The position numbers were made by a program, and so were the translations under genes. A stretch of 62,078 nt of DNA, counting the filler. It is 10 parts of 10 records of this genome, joined end to end, with 100 filler letters (N's around TTAATTAATTAA, not from the genome) between each part and the next. Parts side by side here need not be neighbours in the genome. Positions count along the whole stretch, not along the records: positions 5,104 to 13,050 come from SRR31147125_198656; positions 13,151 to 18,569 come from SRR31147125_199190; positions 18,670 to 24,317 come from SRR31147125_199310; 7 more parts are not named here. One strand, 5' to 3'. Within the stretch, counting starts at the first letter, position 1, and each line of letters opens with the position of its first letter. This document shows, in pieces, positions 10,601 to 21,488 of this stretch. The notes beneath the pieces were generated by a model. The model saw nothing but the letters and a program-made list of their open reading frames with translations, was not told where the DNA came from and ran no database searches.

Positions 10601-10957
10601 ATGGAACCCATTAAGGCCAGTATCAATTCAATCGGTGGGGGGACCGCCCCCAGTCTTTTCGAAAGAGAGCTACTCAGGATTGCGGAGAACATAGCAGATC
10701 CTGAAACGCCGGCAAAAACGGTCCGGAAGATTACGATCACTTTCTCGTTCATCCCTGATGCGACTCGCCGGGCGACGGTATGTAACATCGACGCCGATTC
10801 CAAGCTGGCGAAAAAGGGCGCAGAGAGTGGCGGGATGGTCTACATCTCCCGCGATGATGAAGGCGATCTCCGGGCGACAACCAGTGATCCCAAGCAGACA
10901 GAGTTGGCCTTCGGGCTGAACAAAGATTTGGCCGGTGTCGGCCAGGGAGGACAGTAG
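10601..10957 (+). CDS. Conserved phage protein (so-called replication terminator-like; partner of the downstream gene)
   Basis: GGG...FERELLRIAENIADPETPAKTVRKITITFSFIP motif. Confidence 0.75.
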   Translation: MEPIKASINSIGGGTAPSLFERELLRIAENIADPETPAKTVRKITITFSFIPDATRRATVCNIDADSKLAKKGAESGGMVYISRDDEGDLRATTSDPKQTELAFGLNKDLAGVGQGGQ

Positions 10958-11679
10958 TGGAAGGAATGGAAAAGGCCATCGACAGAATCGTCGAACTCAC
11001 TGAGGGCCGCGAGAAGACCATCGAGGTCGGCGGGAAGACTTTCACCCGCTTCGACTATAAACGGATCGTCAATGATCCCAGGCCCGGGAGTCTGACCTTC
11101 AGTACTCTCGGTGGGCTGACCGACTACATCGATAAGAATCTGGATGATGTGAAACCGGATCAGTGCATTGTTGTTATCGACAGCTTCAAGCAGGTTTCCC
11201 TCTACTCCCCGGTGAAAGGCGAGAAGAACGACCGTCACCTCATCGCCAAGGTGCAGCTGGAAGGAGTAGAAAACTTCCCCTTCGGCACGTTCCTGGAGCA
11301 GGAAGAGTTCATCATCAAGTTCTCATCGCTGTTCTATCCGGAATTGGACAAGGAAAAGATCCTTTCCTGTGTCTCTACCATGGTCATCAAAGCGGACCAG
11401 ACCAGTGATGACACCGGCGGCGCCACCAACACTAGCGCTTCCAGGAAGATCGAAATACATGGCGAGGAGCCCGGTTCTGTGGTTGACCTGAAACCGTACC
11501 GGACCTTCCGGGAGCTCGACCAGCCCGAATCCAAATTCATCTTCCGGTACAAGGACTTCCAAGGATCCCCGGCCGTAGCTCTGTTCGAAGCTGACGGCGG
11601 CGCCTGGAAGATCGAGGCGAAAAAAAGGATCAGCGAGTACCTGGCCGAACGGCTGGAAGAGACTCCGATCCTCTGCTGA
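10957..11679 (+). CDS. Conserved phage protein (possibly DUF2303/YfdQ-like)
   Basis: LKPYRTFRELDQPES.FIFR...ALFEADGGAWK.EA motif. Confidence 0.75.
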   Translation: MEGMEKAIDRIVELTEGREKTIEVGGKTFTRFDYKRIVNDPRPGSLTFSTLGGLTDYIDKNLDDVKPDQCIVVIDSFKQVSLYSPVKGEKNDRHLIAKVQLEGVENFPFGTFLEQEEFIIKFSSLFYPELDKEKILSCVSTMVIKADQTSDDTGGATNTSASRKIEIHGEEPGSVVDLKPYRTFRELDQPESKFIFRYKDFQGSPAVALFEADGGAWKIEAKKRISEYLAERLEETPILC

Positions 11680-11717
11680 TGCAGATACCGGGCCACCGGG
11701 GAATCAGGTGGTAAAGC

Positions 11718-11788
11718 TGTGGGGTGGTGTAGCGGCAACACGGCGGGCTCATATCCTGTTGTCCTGGGTTCAAATCCCGGCCCCGCAA
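11718..11788 (+). tRNA. tRNA-Met(CAT), initiator-like; no encoded CCA
   Basis: Cloverleaf: acceptor TGTGGGG/CCCCGCA, D arm GTGT/ACAC, anticodon arm GCGGG-CT CAT AT-CCTGT, T arm CTGGG-TTCAAAT-CCCGG, discriminator A. Confidence 0.88.
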
Positions 11789-11808
11789 TTCATGGGAGGG
11801 GAACACAT

Positions 11809-12264
11809 ATGGATTTTTTTCCAGCAGTAGAGGTAGTGGGTAATCCAGGTTGCCAGAAGCTGAATGTCTCCGGCAGGTACGCTGAGGACTTCCAGAAAGC
11901 CTTGGTCAAATACAAGGGCTATGTCCAGGTGATCCTGAAGAAGCCGGAATCCCCGGCGACAGAGAAGCAGAACCGGATGCTTCATGGGCTCCTGGGCCTG
12001 TACTGGAAGTCTGGGCTCCATTCGTACAGCGACTACAAGCAGATGAGAAACACTATCAAGAAGCGGTATGGCGTGGTTCACCATCCAGTGATCGACGGGC
12101 AGGAATACATGTACTTGGTTTCCTGGGCCGATTACACACGGATCCAGCGGTCTCGGACGATTGATGGCTTGAAGGCTGAGATGGAACAGGCTGGCATTCT
12201 TTCTTCCCGGTACGCCGATGAATACTTGGAAATCATCGAAGGTGTGAGGGATGCAGTGGCATGA
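11809..12264 (+). CDS. NinB-like phage protein
   Basis: ATG after GGGAGGGG RBS (the longer ORF call overlaps the tRNA); TEKQNRMLHGLL resembles the NinB QN..LH motif. Confidence 0.6.
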   Translation: MDFFPAVEVVGNPGCQKLNVSGRYAEDFQKALVKYKGYVQVILKKPESPATEKQNRMLHGLLGLYWKSGLHSYSDYKQMRNTIKKRYGVVHHPVIDGQEYMYLVSWADYTRIQRSRTIDGLKAEMEQAGILSSRYADEYLEIIEGVRDAVA

Positions 12265-12554
12265 AAGAGAATGTCGCATTCATCTATTTCATTGAAGCTG
12301 GTCCATTTGTAAAGATCGGTGTTTCCCGGAATCCAGAACGACGATTCCAGCAGCTGCAGAACGGGTGCCCATTCAAGTTCTCCGATACCAGAGTCTTCAA
12401 GATGTCCACCGGCAAGGCCTGGGTCACTGAGCAGCGAATCCACAACGTCATGAACCGCTTCAGCACTCATGGAGAGTGGTACCGGTGTTCCATGAGGATA
12501 GCCCTGGCGATGGCGTCCTGCGCTCTCTGCATACGTAAGGAAGCGGCAGCATGA
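12261..12554 (+). CDS. GIY-YIG nuclease family protein (T5orf172/MUG113-like)
   Basis: IYFIEAGPFVKIGVSRNPERRFQQLQNGCP...EQRIH...GEWY. Confidence 0.85.
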   Translation: MKENVAFIYFIEAGPFVKIGVSRNPERRFQQLQNGCPFKFSDTRVFKMSTGKAWVTEQRIHNVMNRFSTHGEWYRCSMRIALAMASCALCIRKEAAA

Positions 12555-12955
12555 AGACGCGTACAGAGCGCCAGCGGGCGAAGAAAGCAGCTGATGAGGC
12601 CTTCTCAGCCTTCATCAGAGAAAGAGATCACTGGACCTGTCAGAACATCGGTTGTCACCGGACTGCCGCAACGACTCAGATCGACTGCGGCCACCTCTTC
12701 ACCAGAGGGCATGACAGTACGAGATACGATCCAATGGCAGCCAAGGCCCAGTGCCACGAGCACAACATGGCCCACGAAGAGGATCCTGTTCCGTTCACAG
12801 CAGTATTCGAACAGGAGCTTGGAGAAGAGGGCTTGGAAGAGCTCCGCGCCAAGCACTGGGCAATCCAGAAATATATCATCGCTGATCTGAGAGAGATCGC
12901 CCGGGACTACCGGGAAAGAGCAAGGGAGTTGAAAAGGCTCCGGGAGGTAAGCTGA
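12551..12955 (+). CDS. NinG/Rap-like HNH recombination endonuclease
   Basis: FSAFIRERD..C...C...DCGH...TRYD...AQCHEHN. Confidence 0.8.
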   Translation: MKTRTERQRAKKAADEAFSAFIRERDHWTCQNIGCHRTAATTQIDCGHLFTRGHDSTRYDPMAAKAQCHEHNMAHEEDPVPFTAVFEQELGEEGLEELRAKHWAIQKYIIADLREIARDYRERARELKRLREVS

Positions 12956-12956
12956 C

Positions 12957-13050
12957 ATGGCTGAGGACATCAATAAGGTGGCAATCATCGGGCGACTCAC
13001 GCGGGATGCGGAACAATCCTATACCCAGAACGGGTATGCCCTGCTCAAAT
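12957..13050 (+). CDS. ssb: Single-stranded DNA-binding protein, 5' fragment
   Basis: MAEDINKVAIIGRLTRDAE. Confidence 0.9.
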
Positions 13051-13150
13051 NNNNNNNNNNNNNNNNNNNNNNNNNNNNNNNNNNNNNNNNNNNNTTAATT
13101 AATTAANNNNNNNNNNNNNNNNNNNNNNNNNNNNNNNNNNNNNNNNNNNN

Positions 13151-16100
13151 GGTACACGAGGAGTGTCGGGTGCGGGACACAAGCATCTTGGATCTGCCAC
13201 TGTGTGCTTTGCTGTCCCTTGGTTTCCGTTCGATGGATTACATCTGTTTGTGTTTCTTGTTCCTGAGGAGGGGGAGATGTTGCAACATTGCGGACATCAT
13301 TCACTTGGACGCATTCTTCTCGTCTGAGAGGCAGATGAAGCACCGGAGCGTGTGGCTGCTGGGGCTCCTTGGGTCGTTGGGAATGCAAGCGATCTGAATG
13401 TGGAATGACCGCGGGAAGCTCCTTGGCAATGGCAACCATTGGTAGTTCATCTTGGTGGGTCTCATATTCCACCCCCTTTCTTCTTCTGGCTGTTGTTCTC
13501 GATTGACCACCACCTCCACCTCCACCTCCTTTTCTTCTTCTTCTTCTTCTTCGATTGGGGAAACGGCGCGAGGGATCTCTTCTTCATTTTCGTCTTTCTC
13601 GTCTTCCTCGTCTTCCTCGTCTTTCTCGTCTTTCTCGTCTTTCTTGTCTTCCTCGTCTTTCTTGTCTTCCTCGTCTTCCTCGTCTTCCGAAAGCAAACGA
13701 CCCACATCACGTTCTGCCTCCTGGGGCAATCCATCCAGATGAACGTTCTGCCATGCCTCAGTTGGCAGCGTATCGTTCTCTCCACACTCAAGTGCCTCAT
13801 GAACATATGATACAAGCGATCCCGGAACCATGAATTCCGTGACAAACGGTAAGGAGAGAAGACCGTCAATGTACGTAAGATAATCTTCTTCCTTCTCGTA
13901 CTGCCACGAGAACTGAAGGAGGCAGAATGGGGAGGAGTGGGGGGAGAAGGACGCAACACACCTTGTCTGATGCATCAATCCCGAACACTTCAAGGGGGGA
14001 AACATCCGTGAGAGATGGGAAGTCTGCCTTTTCATCGTACTGTCTCGCAAGACGTGCAAATTCTTCAACGAACGATAATTCACGTGTCTGGATCATAGAA
14101 ACCATTCGGGTGTACTTGGGATGCAAGCTGGAAGTATATTTTCAGAAGGAATCATGGCCACACACACACACATCACCTTGGTAAGACACGGTTCTCGGTT
14201 GGAAAGTAGCGTGCAAGAATATCAACAATCTCAAGTGTGCAGGGCAATTGTCCCAGAATGGTTAAGACAACATCTTGCAAACCGAGTTGAGGGTGGAGAT
14301 CCCCTAAAAAGTTCTGAGTGGGCAGGATCACGAAATGTGGCGGCGCGTACGAAAAGGAAGAAGACGCGTCGACCATCGTGCAATCGTGGATGCTTCCTCG
14401 TCACTCAATGTCCCCGATCCATCGAATGCACCCGCCGAACGTATGAGAATGGAGAGTGTATCACGCACGTGGTAGTACCACAGGAAACGACACAGATAAC
14501 GAAAGGGCCAATGGAGGATTCGTGTGTCATATTCGACTCGTTCCATGGGAAAAATCGAAGAGGACAGACGAAAGCCCGAGAGTTTCTTTTTGAGTTCAAC
14601 CAGAGACAGGGGTCTTCCCCCACCCGCCTTGCGCGCCCGTCGCCCCGCAGGAAGAACATTACGACAGGCACCAATATCCGCATTCACAATGAGGAAGCAC
14701 ATCTTAAAGAGGGCAACGGCCACTTCCCGAACAACAGGTTCAGCGGATCGTGGAGCTTCAGGAAAGGGGGTTGTAAGAGCCGCCTTCACAGAAGAGAACT
14801 CCCCTGTACATAGAATGAACACCGAATAGATGAATCCAATGCAGCACCTCCTTCTGGGAAATCCATGGGAGTGGGAAGCGGGAAATCCTGAGCCACCAGT
14901 ACAGGCAACTTGCGATAAGCCTGGCGAATACGCCCAAGCATGAACTGGAAGATCTAGGGTGCTCGTCAGCTTTGTATCGATTAGGGCAACCGTGTGCGCC
15001 ATACCTGGAACCGTAGCGCACACGAATCCATACGGTTCTCTTCCAAGGCCGCCGCCAATGACATGGCCTCACCCACTTCCCCTCGGTCCAGCAAATACAG
15101 TGCATGGCGAACAACGGATGTCGATGGAAGAGATGGGATGATGGCAGGTGCAAGCTGTGTTGACGCGTCGGTAGGCAGACGTACGGATTGGTATACGTGC
15201 GCGTACCGTGTGCCACATGCATTTGCTTGTACAGAGTTGAGCAGCAACATCGAACATATCTGCCATGAGCAAAAGGTCGACAGCCATCCGGGGAGTCCAT
15301 GCACCAGCACCAAGGGCAGCTTCCCTCAAACGGTGTTGATCCAATACAGCATGTTGTTTGTTTCGCTTCTTCAGAATACACGACAGATCGAAATCGCCTG
15401 TACACAGTTACCAATGGGACCATTCGGCGGGTATGACTCACCTCGAAAGACATAAGGCAAAGGAATGGTAACGGCATGCCCATTGAAATAATTGACCATG
15501 GCTAGCCCGGCGAGCGCACAGATTTGATGTACGTGAGGATGTTTAGAGGAGGGAGAAAGCGAGTCATCGAGACACAAAGTCCGTTCCACACGCAGGAGAT
15601 GAATATCGGCTGCATTCATTGCCTCATCTACGTCATATTGAAGAAGGCGTAGGCAGAAGAGAGGTGACAAGCCACGAAACCCCGCCTGATTGAGTACCAG
15701 TTATCTCACGAAAAAAAAGAGACTCTCTTGCGCGTCGATACGCACCACCTGATACGCTGCGCTTGCACCATCCCAATCGCCAAGAAGATATTTCTGGTGT
15801 CCCACTAAGAGGGGATCTTCTGGTTTCTTGGGTTCCTTGGGTTCCTGCGCCTTCTGGAACCGCTCAGGAATTCCTGACAGCCGCGCCCATGCAACCTCTA
15901 CAAGGGGTGCCACTGCGTTTTGCAGGCGTCGGCGTGTTCCGGCTGGACGAGCATGCCGACACAGTGTAGCCGCGTGTCTAATGAGTGCGCGGTAGAGTTG
16001 AACGGGACACAAGGCCGGAATACGAGACATCGCTGTGGAACAACGATGACGCATATATCCCTCGAGAGCGGACGTTGAGTCGTCCTCACCACCGTGTTCG

Positions 16101-18547
16101 GGCGGGATCTCTTGATGTACGTATCCCACCGTCTGAAACACTCGATTCACCGTACACAGCCCGCGCGTGAGGGTGAGCAGTGCAAGGTACAAACTTCCGC
16201 GATCCAACAAAACAGAGAACGCCTCCTGGATTAGGCCCACACCCAGGGGATATGCCGTCTGGTCATGAATGTTCCAGTGAAAGGAATCAAGGGCGACCCA
16301 TGCAGCCCGAAGGAAGGCAGCAGACGGGCATGTGATCAGATCTTCTGAGAAAGGGCAAAGTACGCGGTGGAGTGTCTGTGTCGCTCGACCTGTCGAAGAC
16401 TCAGGCACCCCCGAAGACGGCAACTGCATCCGCATTCCTTGAGTTTGACAGAAATCCCGTGGTACACGCACCTTCATGATAGGAAGCAGCGTAGTGGCTG
16501 CCATGGAGAGTTTTCCCGGAGATCGGGGGAGGAGAAGTGGCAAGGACACGAGAGACCCAGCCGCCAGGATCCTGTTGGGCGAGACTATGAACCGTCTTCC
16601 CATTCTCTGCTGCAGTCTTGCCCCACCTGTTGCCGGGCAAAATTTGGATGTTCCCTCCTCAACGTTCCTCGTTCCCAGTGTCTCCATCACCTCGGGAAAT
16701 GCGAGGACCGGGAATTGGCACACGTACACAAGGTGCCCATCTGAAACGGCAAGCATATTGAGCACGGGATGCATGGAAAGAGAGAATTTCTGTGTACATT
16801 GTGAGATGGGGGTAGGTGTTGAACCACAGTACCTTCGGAAAGGATTTCTTGGAAACCTTTCCAAATGTGAAGACAGGCAAAAAGCGAGTGGGAGAGGGAA
16901 ACTGGGATATATCTGCGCACAATTGCACAGGGTGTCCCGCACGAGTGAGGATAGAAAGTTGACCTATTGTCGTTGAAAACGGTAAGCCGTCGTATCGTAA
17001 AAAGCGTCTCAGCGGCGTACCTCTGCCATTCAAGACAGCAAGAAACAGACCATCGGCTGTCCAGTCCATGTCCCATACCCACCAACTGCAATCTTCCAAG
17101 TCGCTCACATGTCCTCCACCCGGCTGATCGAGCGGTGAGGGTGATAGCAGTACAACTCTATACGAACCAATTGCAAGTGTACCGTCATGCCCGCATGTCC
17201 ACGAGGATTCAGAAAGAGAATGCGGCTGTGGGCGAGAGCGCCTGCATTCACAGCAACGGCCAAGATTTCTCCTTCCGGATCCCATCGGAGCAGAAGGGGT
17301 GGTGCTCCCGCCGTATGCGCTTGCTGCTGATGCGTCTCTTCCACTGTCACTGAAGAGACATCACTTCGAGTGCAAGGACACACCTCAGACAAGAGAGGGG
17401 AATCTCCCTCCCAGGAATCGAGTTCGATGGACATGTCAAAATGGGACACAAGCACAGGCAATTCCTGGGTCGGCAATGTATGCGCATCTGCATCCATCGC
17501 ACACGGACAGGGATCGGCGTTCCATCCACGGTTCCAATGTGCAAGTGAGAGATGTGCATTCGTCACCACAAGACCCACGGAGGCTCGTCGTTGTGAAGGA
17601 CGACGTGGACAGAAATCAGCAGGGTGCCCCGTCCACTCCTGGACACTTTCTTCTTCATCGTCGTCGTCGTCGTTGCCGCCGTCCTCCTCCTGCTCGAAAA
17701 CGGATGATGAACGTCGGATAGAGATGGCGGCCCGCGTCAGATACATACAACGACCAGCCGTCTTTGGGGAGAGCAAATCACGAACGACAATCCGTCAACA
17801 AGGACGCACGCGTACACGCACCACCGAGTCATAGAAGTGTGCACGCTCTGCAGTATGAGAAAGAGGAAGATCGGGAAATGTGTGAGAAGGTATTAAACAC
17901 CAGACCCCGTGGGTATGAAGCCATGCAGATCCGCCTCCATCTACAAGCAAGACATCATAGCCGTCGTTCGACACCATAAGATGGCGACGACTCACCCCCT
18001 GTGATGCTGTAGTGATTCCTCCTGTTCAGCATTCATCGATCTCCACACCTACATCCGATGTACGCACGTTGCGAGGAGGAGAGGTGTCCTGTCGTGTCGA
18101 TCGATCCAACGGACGGGGGAGGTGCAGCCAACATCCGACCTCGCATACTCCACGCATCCCACATCATTAGGTCGCCCGAAGGAAGGGCTCCTGCCACGTG
18201 AATTCCTACGCAGAGGAGTGGGGTGGGGGTCGTCGCCATTCCCCCCATCACGCACCACTCCGTGAGAGGGCTGTACAACAGAAACCAACGTCTTCGTGCT
18301 GGGACGAGACCATTCCGTCAAAGTCGCACGTTTGACTGCCATCGAGAGACGAGAGGGCCAGACGGCGCGCATCATGCAGAAGAAACGAACCGTTCGTCGA
18401 CTCCTACCGCCTGAAGCGTTCAGTAGCCGAGTCCTCCTGTCCCTTGTATACCTAACGTACACGATCGCCTAGCCAGTCTACGCGTTCCCACGGTCGACCG
18501 CGCTTTCCTAACTTGACACGATCCCCTGTGTGTAGTCGGAGGAACAT
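13151..18547 (-). CDS. CPLANE1: CPLANE1/JBTS17 homologue (N-terminal beta-propeller region); spliced, 3'-truncated
   Basis: Ordered motifs MFLRL..GRPWERVDWLG, ALPSGDLMMWD, ILAVAVN..SRILFLN, SWWVWDMDWTADGLFLAVLNGRG|QLSILT and FSLSMHPVLNMLAVSDGH parallel my recollection of vertebrate CPLANE1; short GT-AG introns. Confidence 0.72.
13530..13690 (-). repeat. Acidic low-complexity 9-nt tandem repeat (DEE/DEK/DKK) and poly-Glu
   Basis: Repeated (cgtcttcct/cgtctttct) units. Confidence 0.85.
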
Positions 18548-18569
18548 GGATGGATGGATGGATGGATGG
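18548..18569 (+). repeat. (GGAT)n microsatellite directly upstream of the CPLANE1 start codon, at the contig end
   Basis: ggatggatgg... Confidence 0.9.
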
Positions 18570-18669
18570 NNNNNNNNNNNNNNNNNNNNNNNNNNNNNNN
18601 NNNNNNNNNNNNNTTAATTAATTAANNNNNNNNNNNNNNNNNNNNNNNNNNNNNNNNNNNNNNNNNNNN

Positions 18670-19408
18670 GGACTCCCCGATGCAGCAGAGCCGGCAAAGA
18701 GTAGACACCAGTATCCGCTATCGCCGCGTCGAGCTCTTCCTTGAACTGTGTTTGAAAAAACTGTCCGCTTATCGAGCCACTATGCCACCGGAACGCTGCA
18801 AGTGGTCCTCCGGGAACCAGGATTCCGTTTCCGTAGTGCCAGAGTCGTAAAAACAACTCGTAATCCCAGGCCGCAACCATATCCTCCCTGAGATGCGTAT
18901 CGAGCTCATCAAGAATCGGACGTCGAAAGAACAGCGACGGTTGCGAGACATAGTTAATCGATCGAAAGACAAAGCGTGAGGAAATCGGAAAAAACAGCTC
19001 CTTGAAACGAGTTATCCCTTTCCTTATTTCCTCGTTCTCCTCGTTTATGATCGGGCACCTGCCGAAACAAAACGATGCCTTCGGATTTTGCCGGAATACC
19101 TCCTCCACCCGCTGCAACGTTCCGGGATAGTAAAGATCATCTGCGTTTATCCATGACACCACGTCTCCGGTCGCCCGTCTGAACCCTTTATTGATCGCAT
19201 TTGCGGCACCGGTATCATCTTCGCGGACAACGATATCAATATGGTCTTCATAGCGATCGAGAAGAGCGGCCGATCCGTCAGTCGAATTTCCGTCGACGAC
19301 GATATATTCCACAAGCGCGCCGGAACGCCGCTGTTCCAGCACACTCCGGATAGCCTGTTCAAGGTAGGTCGCACCATTATAGTTGGGAGTGATCACACTG
19401 AACTTCAT
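18670..19408 (-). CDS. Glycosyltransferase family 2, 3'-truncated
   Basis: SVITPNYN, VVDGNSTDG, AINKG, WINADD, AWDYELFLR. Confidence 0.93.
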
Positions 19409-19411
19409 TAC

Positions 19412-21451
19412 TTATCCCTTTTTCTTTCTCGCGATATCAAAACATATCATTGGAATGATAAAGCAGCTGGCGACACAGACGAAGTAGAAATAGCGCCAGT
19501 TCATGATGTTGAGCACGCTGCTCAGCGTAACAACCTGAACGAGTACCACGGAACTGAAAATCGCACTCAGCGGTAGCCATCTGAAGCAAAGAATACACAA
19601 CGGAAAAAGAGCGAGAGCCCAGACAGGGTTCCAGCTCAGGTAAACGAAGGGGGCCTCGTAACTGGCCCAATAAACCGTCATCGCCAGATCTTTCAATGAC
19701 GCCAGAGGACCTGTCCACTTCGAGGTATAGGGATAGATGTCATTCCAACCGGCGTGGTTCAGGAATCCATAGGCAAATCGGTCTCCGAGAAACGCATGGT
19801 ACAGGTCCCATTTCGAGGCGGTCTGGTTTATGTCGAGAATATCCCAATAGTTCCACCAGGTTCGTTGGATAATATCGGTGATCGAACTGCTGACAAACCT
19901 CTCCAGATACGTTTTCCCCTGCGTTATCAGATATCCTGAATCAGAGACACCAAGACTACTGACAAGCCAGGCCGCTCCCCCGACGAACACCCCCGCACCG
20001 AAAATACCCAGCCATATCCGCCTGTCCAGACGAATCACTCCGAGCAGGATGAGCAGTGCAGGTATGAAAACAACGTATATGATGCCGTTATGCCGTATGA
20101 ACCCCAGCGAAACGAGCATCAGTAAGAGTACACCTACCTGCTCCCACGAAAGATCGAGACTACCGTTCTGATTTTTACTGAACAAAAGAGCGGCCATATA
20201 TCCCCAGAACACGATCAACAAGGCGAAGGGGACGTCTTTCCACAATGTTGTATTGTAGAGCCCGATGGGGACCGACAGAATGGTAAACAGGTAGAGCGGC
20301 AGCAGGATCGACAGGGGGACCTTGCTCCGATATACCGAATAGAATATTGAAGCCGTCAGCAGCGCCGCCGCCGTGACATGGAATAACGGCACCACCGCCG
20401 GGTTGTTCCATATGTGGTAGAGAAACATATAGAACAATACATTCAGGATTGGGTGGTCGTTGAGGTATACCTCCGGCAACTGTGCGGCCCGCCAGATCTT
20501 GAGAGAATCGACCGACATGACCCCGGGCCAGAAAATGAGCAGCCAGAGCAGATAGCAGAGAAACGCGCCGGCAAAAAAGAGCACGAACGTACGCTGCCTT
20601 CCCCTGGTCATCGCCTGAAAGCCGCCGCAGGCCATGAACAGCCTTGTCCCGGCCGACAACAGCCAGGTCGCCAGGGCCGCGAAAAGAAGCTGCTGGACGA
20701 ACCGCCCGCGTTCGAAGTATCGTTTCTGATACTGGCTGACGTTTTCTAGCTTCATGCTAGACAACATCTGCGGGTCGGAAAGCAACGGAACCGGGGCGTT
20801 GCCAGCAACGAGAAGATTGACCGATTCCACCGTGAGCGGTCTGCCGTCTTTTCTCTTTATCAGGGCCAGTTCATCAATGTGGTATCGAGGCAGATCGGCC
20901 TGTACCGAAAATCGGTTCTGGTCGTCGACAAGCCAAAATTCAAGCCGCCGTTTGTTCGCCTCGACGTTGGCCATATACAGATCCTTTTCATAGGATCTTC
21001 CATTGACCGTAATCCTGACCACCCCTGACTTATTGTTCGTCGTCAGTTCAACCGCGAGGCTCTTGCCGGCGGAAACAGTGAACGTGATTTCCGGATTCCT
21101 CTGATTCAGTTTGAAAGCGCTGCGAGGCAACCTTCGACCATCGATGTATATTCCGCGACCGAAAATCATCCTGCTCAGCGACGCATTGTTTTTCTTACCC
21201 GTATAGCTGATCTGAATACGGTTTTCCGGCTTCTCTACCGACGTTCGTAAAACCACCTTATATCGCTCATAGCCGTTCAGACCGCTCCCGGAATCCCAGG
21301 CCACGTCGAACCCGGTCGGAATGGCGGTAGTGGTACCGTTGATCTCAAGAACCGCGGGGGCATACCAGGAGCCGTTCCAGACGAAATAGCCGGCAAGCAC
21401 GGCAAAGATGAAGCCGAGAACCAGCGGGTGAACGTGACGCTTCCTGGGCAT
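19412..21451 (-). CDS. Multi-pass membrane protein (GT-C/DUF6020-like) with an N-terminal periplasmic domain
   Basis: WPGVMSVDS, NDHP, LWKDVPF, RHNG motifs and many TM helices. Confidence 0.75.
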   Translation of the reverse strand: MPRKRHVHPLVLGFIFAVLAGYFVWNGSWYAPAVLEINGTTTAIPTGFDVAWDSGSGLNGYERYKVVLRTSVEKPENRIQISYTGKKNNASLSRMIFGRGIYIDGRRLPRSAFKLNQRNPEITFTVSAGKSLAVELTTNNKSGVVRITVNGRSYEKDLYMANVEANKRRLEFWLVDDQNRFSVQADLPRYHIDELALIKRKDGRPLTVESVNLLVAGNAPVPLLSDPQMLSSMKLENVSQYQKRYFERGRFVQQLLFAALATWLLSAGTRLFMACGGFQAMTRGRQRTFVLFFAGAFLCYLLWLLIFWPGVMSVDSLKIWRAAQLPEVYLNDHPILNVLFYMFLYHIWNNPAVVPLFHVTAAALLTASIFYSVYRSKVPLSILLPLYLFTILSVPIGLYNTTLWKDVPFALLIVFWGYMAALLFSKNQNGSLDLSWEQVGVLLLMLVSLGFIRHNGIIYVVFIPALLILLGVIRLDRRIWLGIFGAGVFVGGAAWLVSSLGVSDSGYLITQGKTYLERFVSSSITDIIQRTWWNYWDILDINQTASKWDLYHAFLGDRFAYGFLNHAGWNDIYPYTSKWTGPLASLKDLAMTVYWASYEAPFVYLSWNPVWALALFPLCILCFRWLPLSAIFSSVVLVQVVTLSSVLNIMNWRYFYFVCVASCFIIPMICFDIARKKKG

Positions 21452-21488
21452 ATGGTGCAAAGACCTGTAAAAAGAATTGATTGCGCGG

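Larger units (their letters stand above)
5104..13050. mobile_element. Temperate phage/prophage immunity, early and recombination region (probable spirochaete host)
   Basis: Divergent XRE repressor and early operon: xis, ERF, YqaJ, NinB/NinG-like, ssb; tightly overlapping ATGA junctions. Confidence 0.9.

Noticed and set aside
11719-11808. N-terminal 30 codons of ORF 11719-12264
   Set aside because: They overlap the tRNA; the real start is ATG 11809, which has an RBS.
13530-13690. Tandem repeats as a CRISPR array (also 36544-36732)
   Set aside because: Coding low-complexity repeats with no repeat-spacer structure and no cas genes. No CRISPR array found in the window.
1-18569. Alternative genetic code in the eukaryotic contigs
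   Set aside because: The in-frame stops I traced fall within introns or are 3' splice sites (TAG). Spliced exons read in the standard code.
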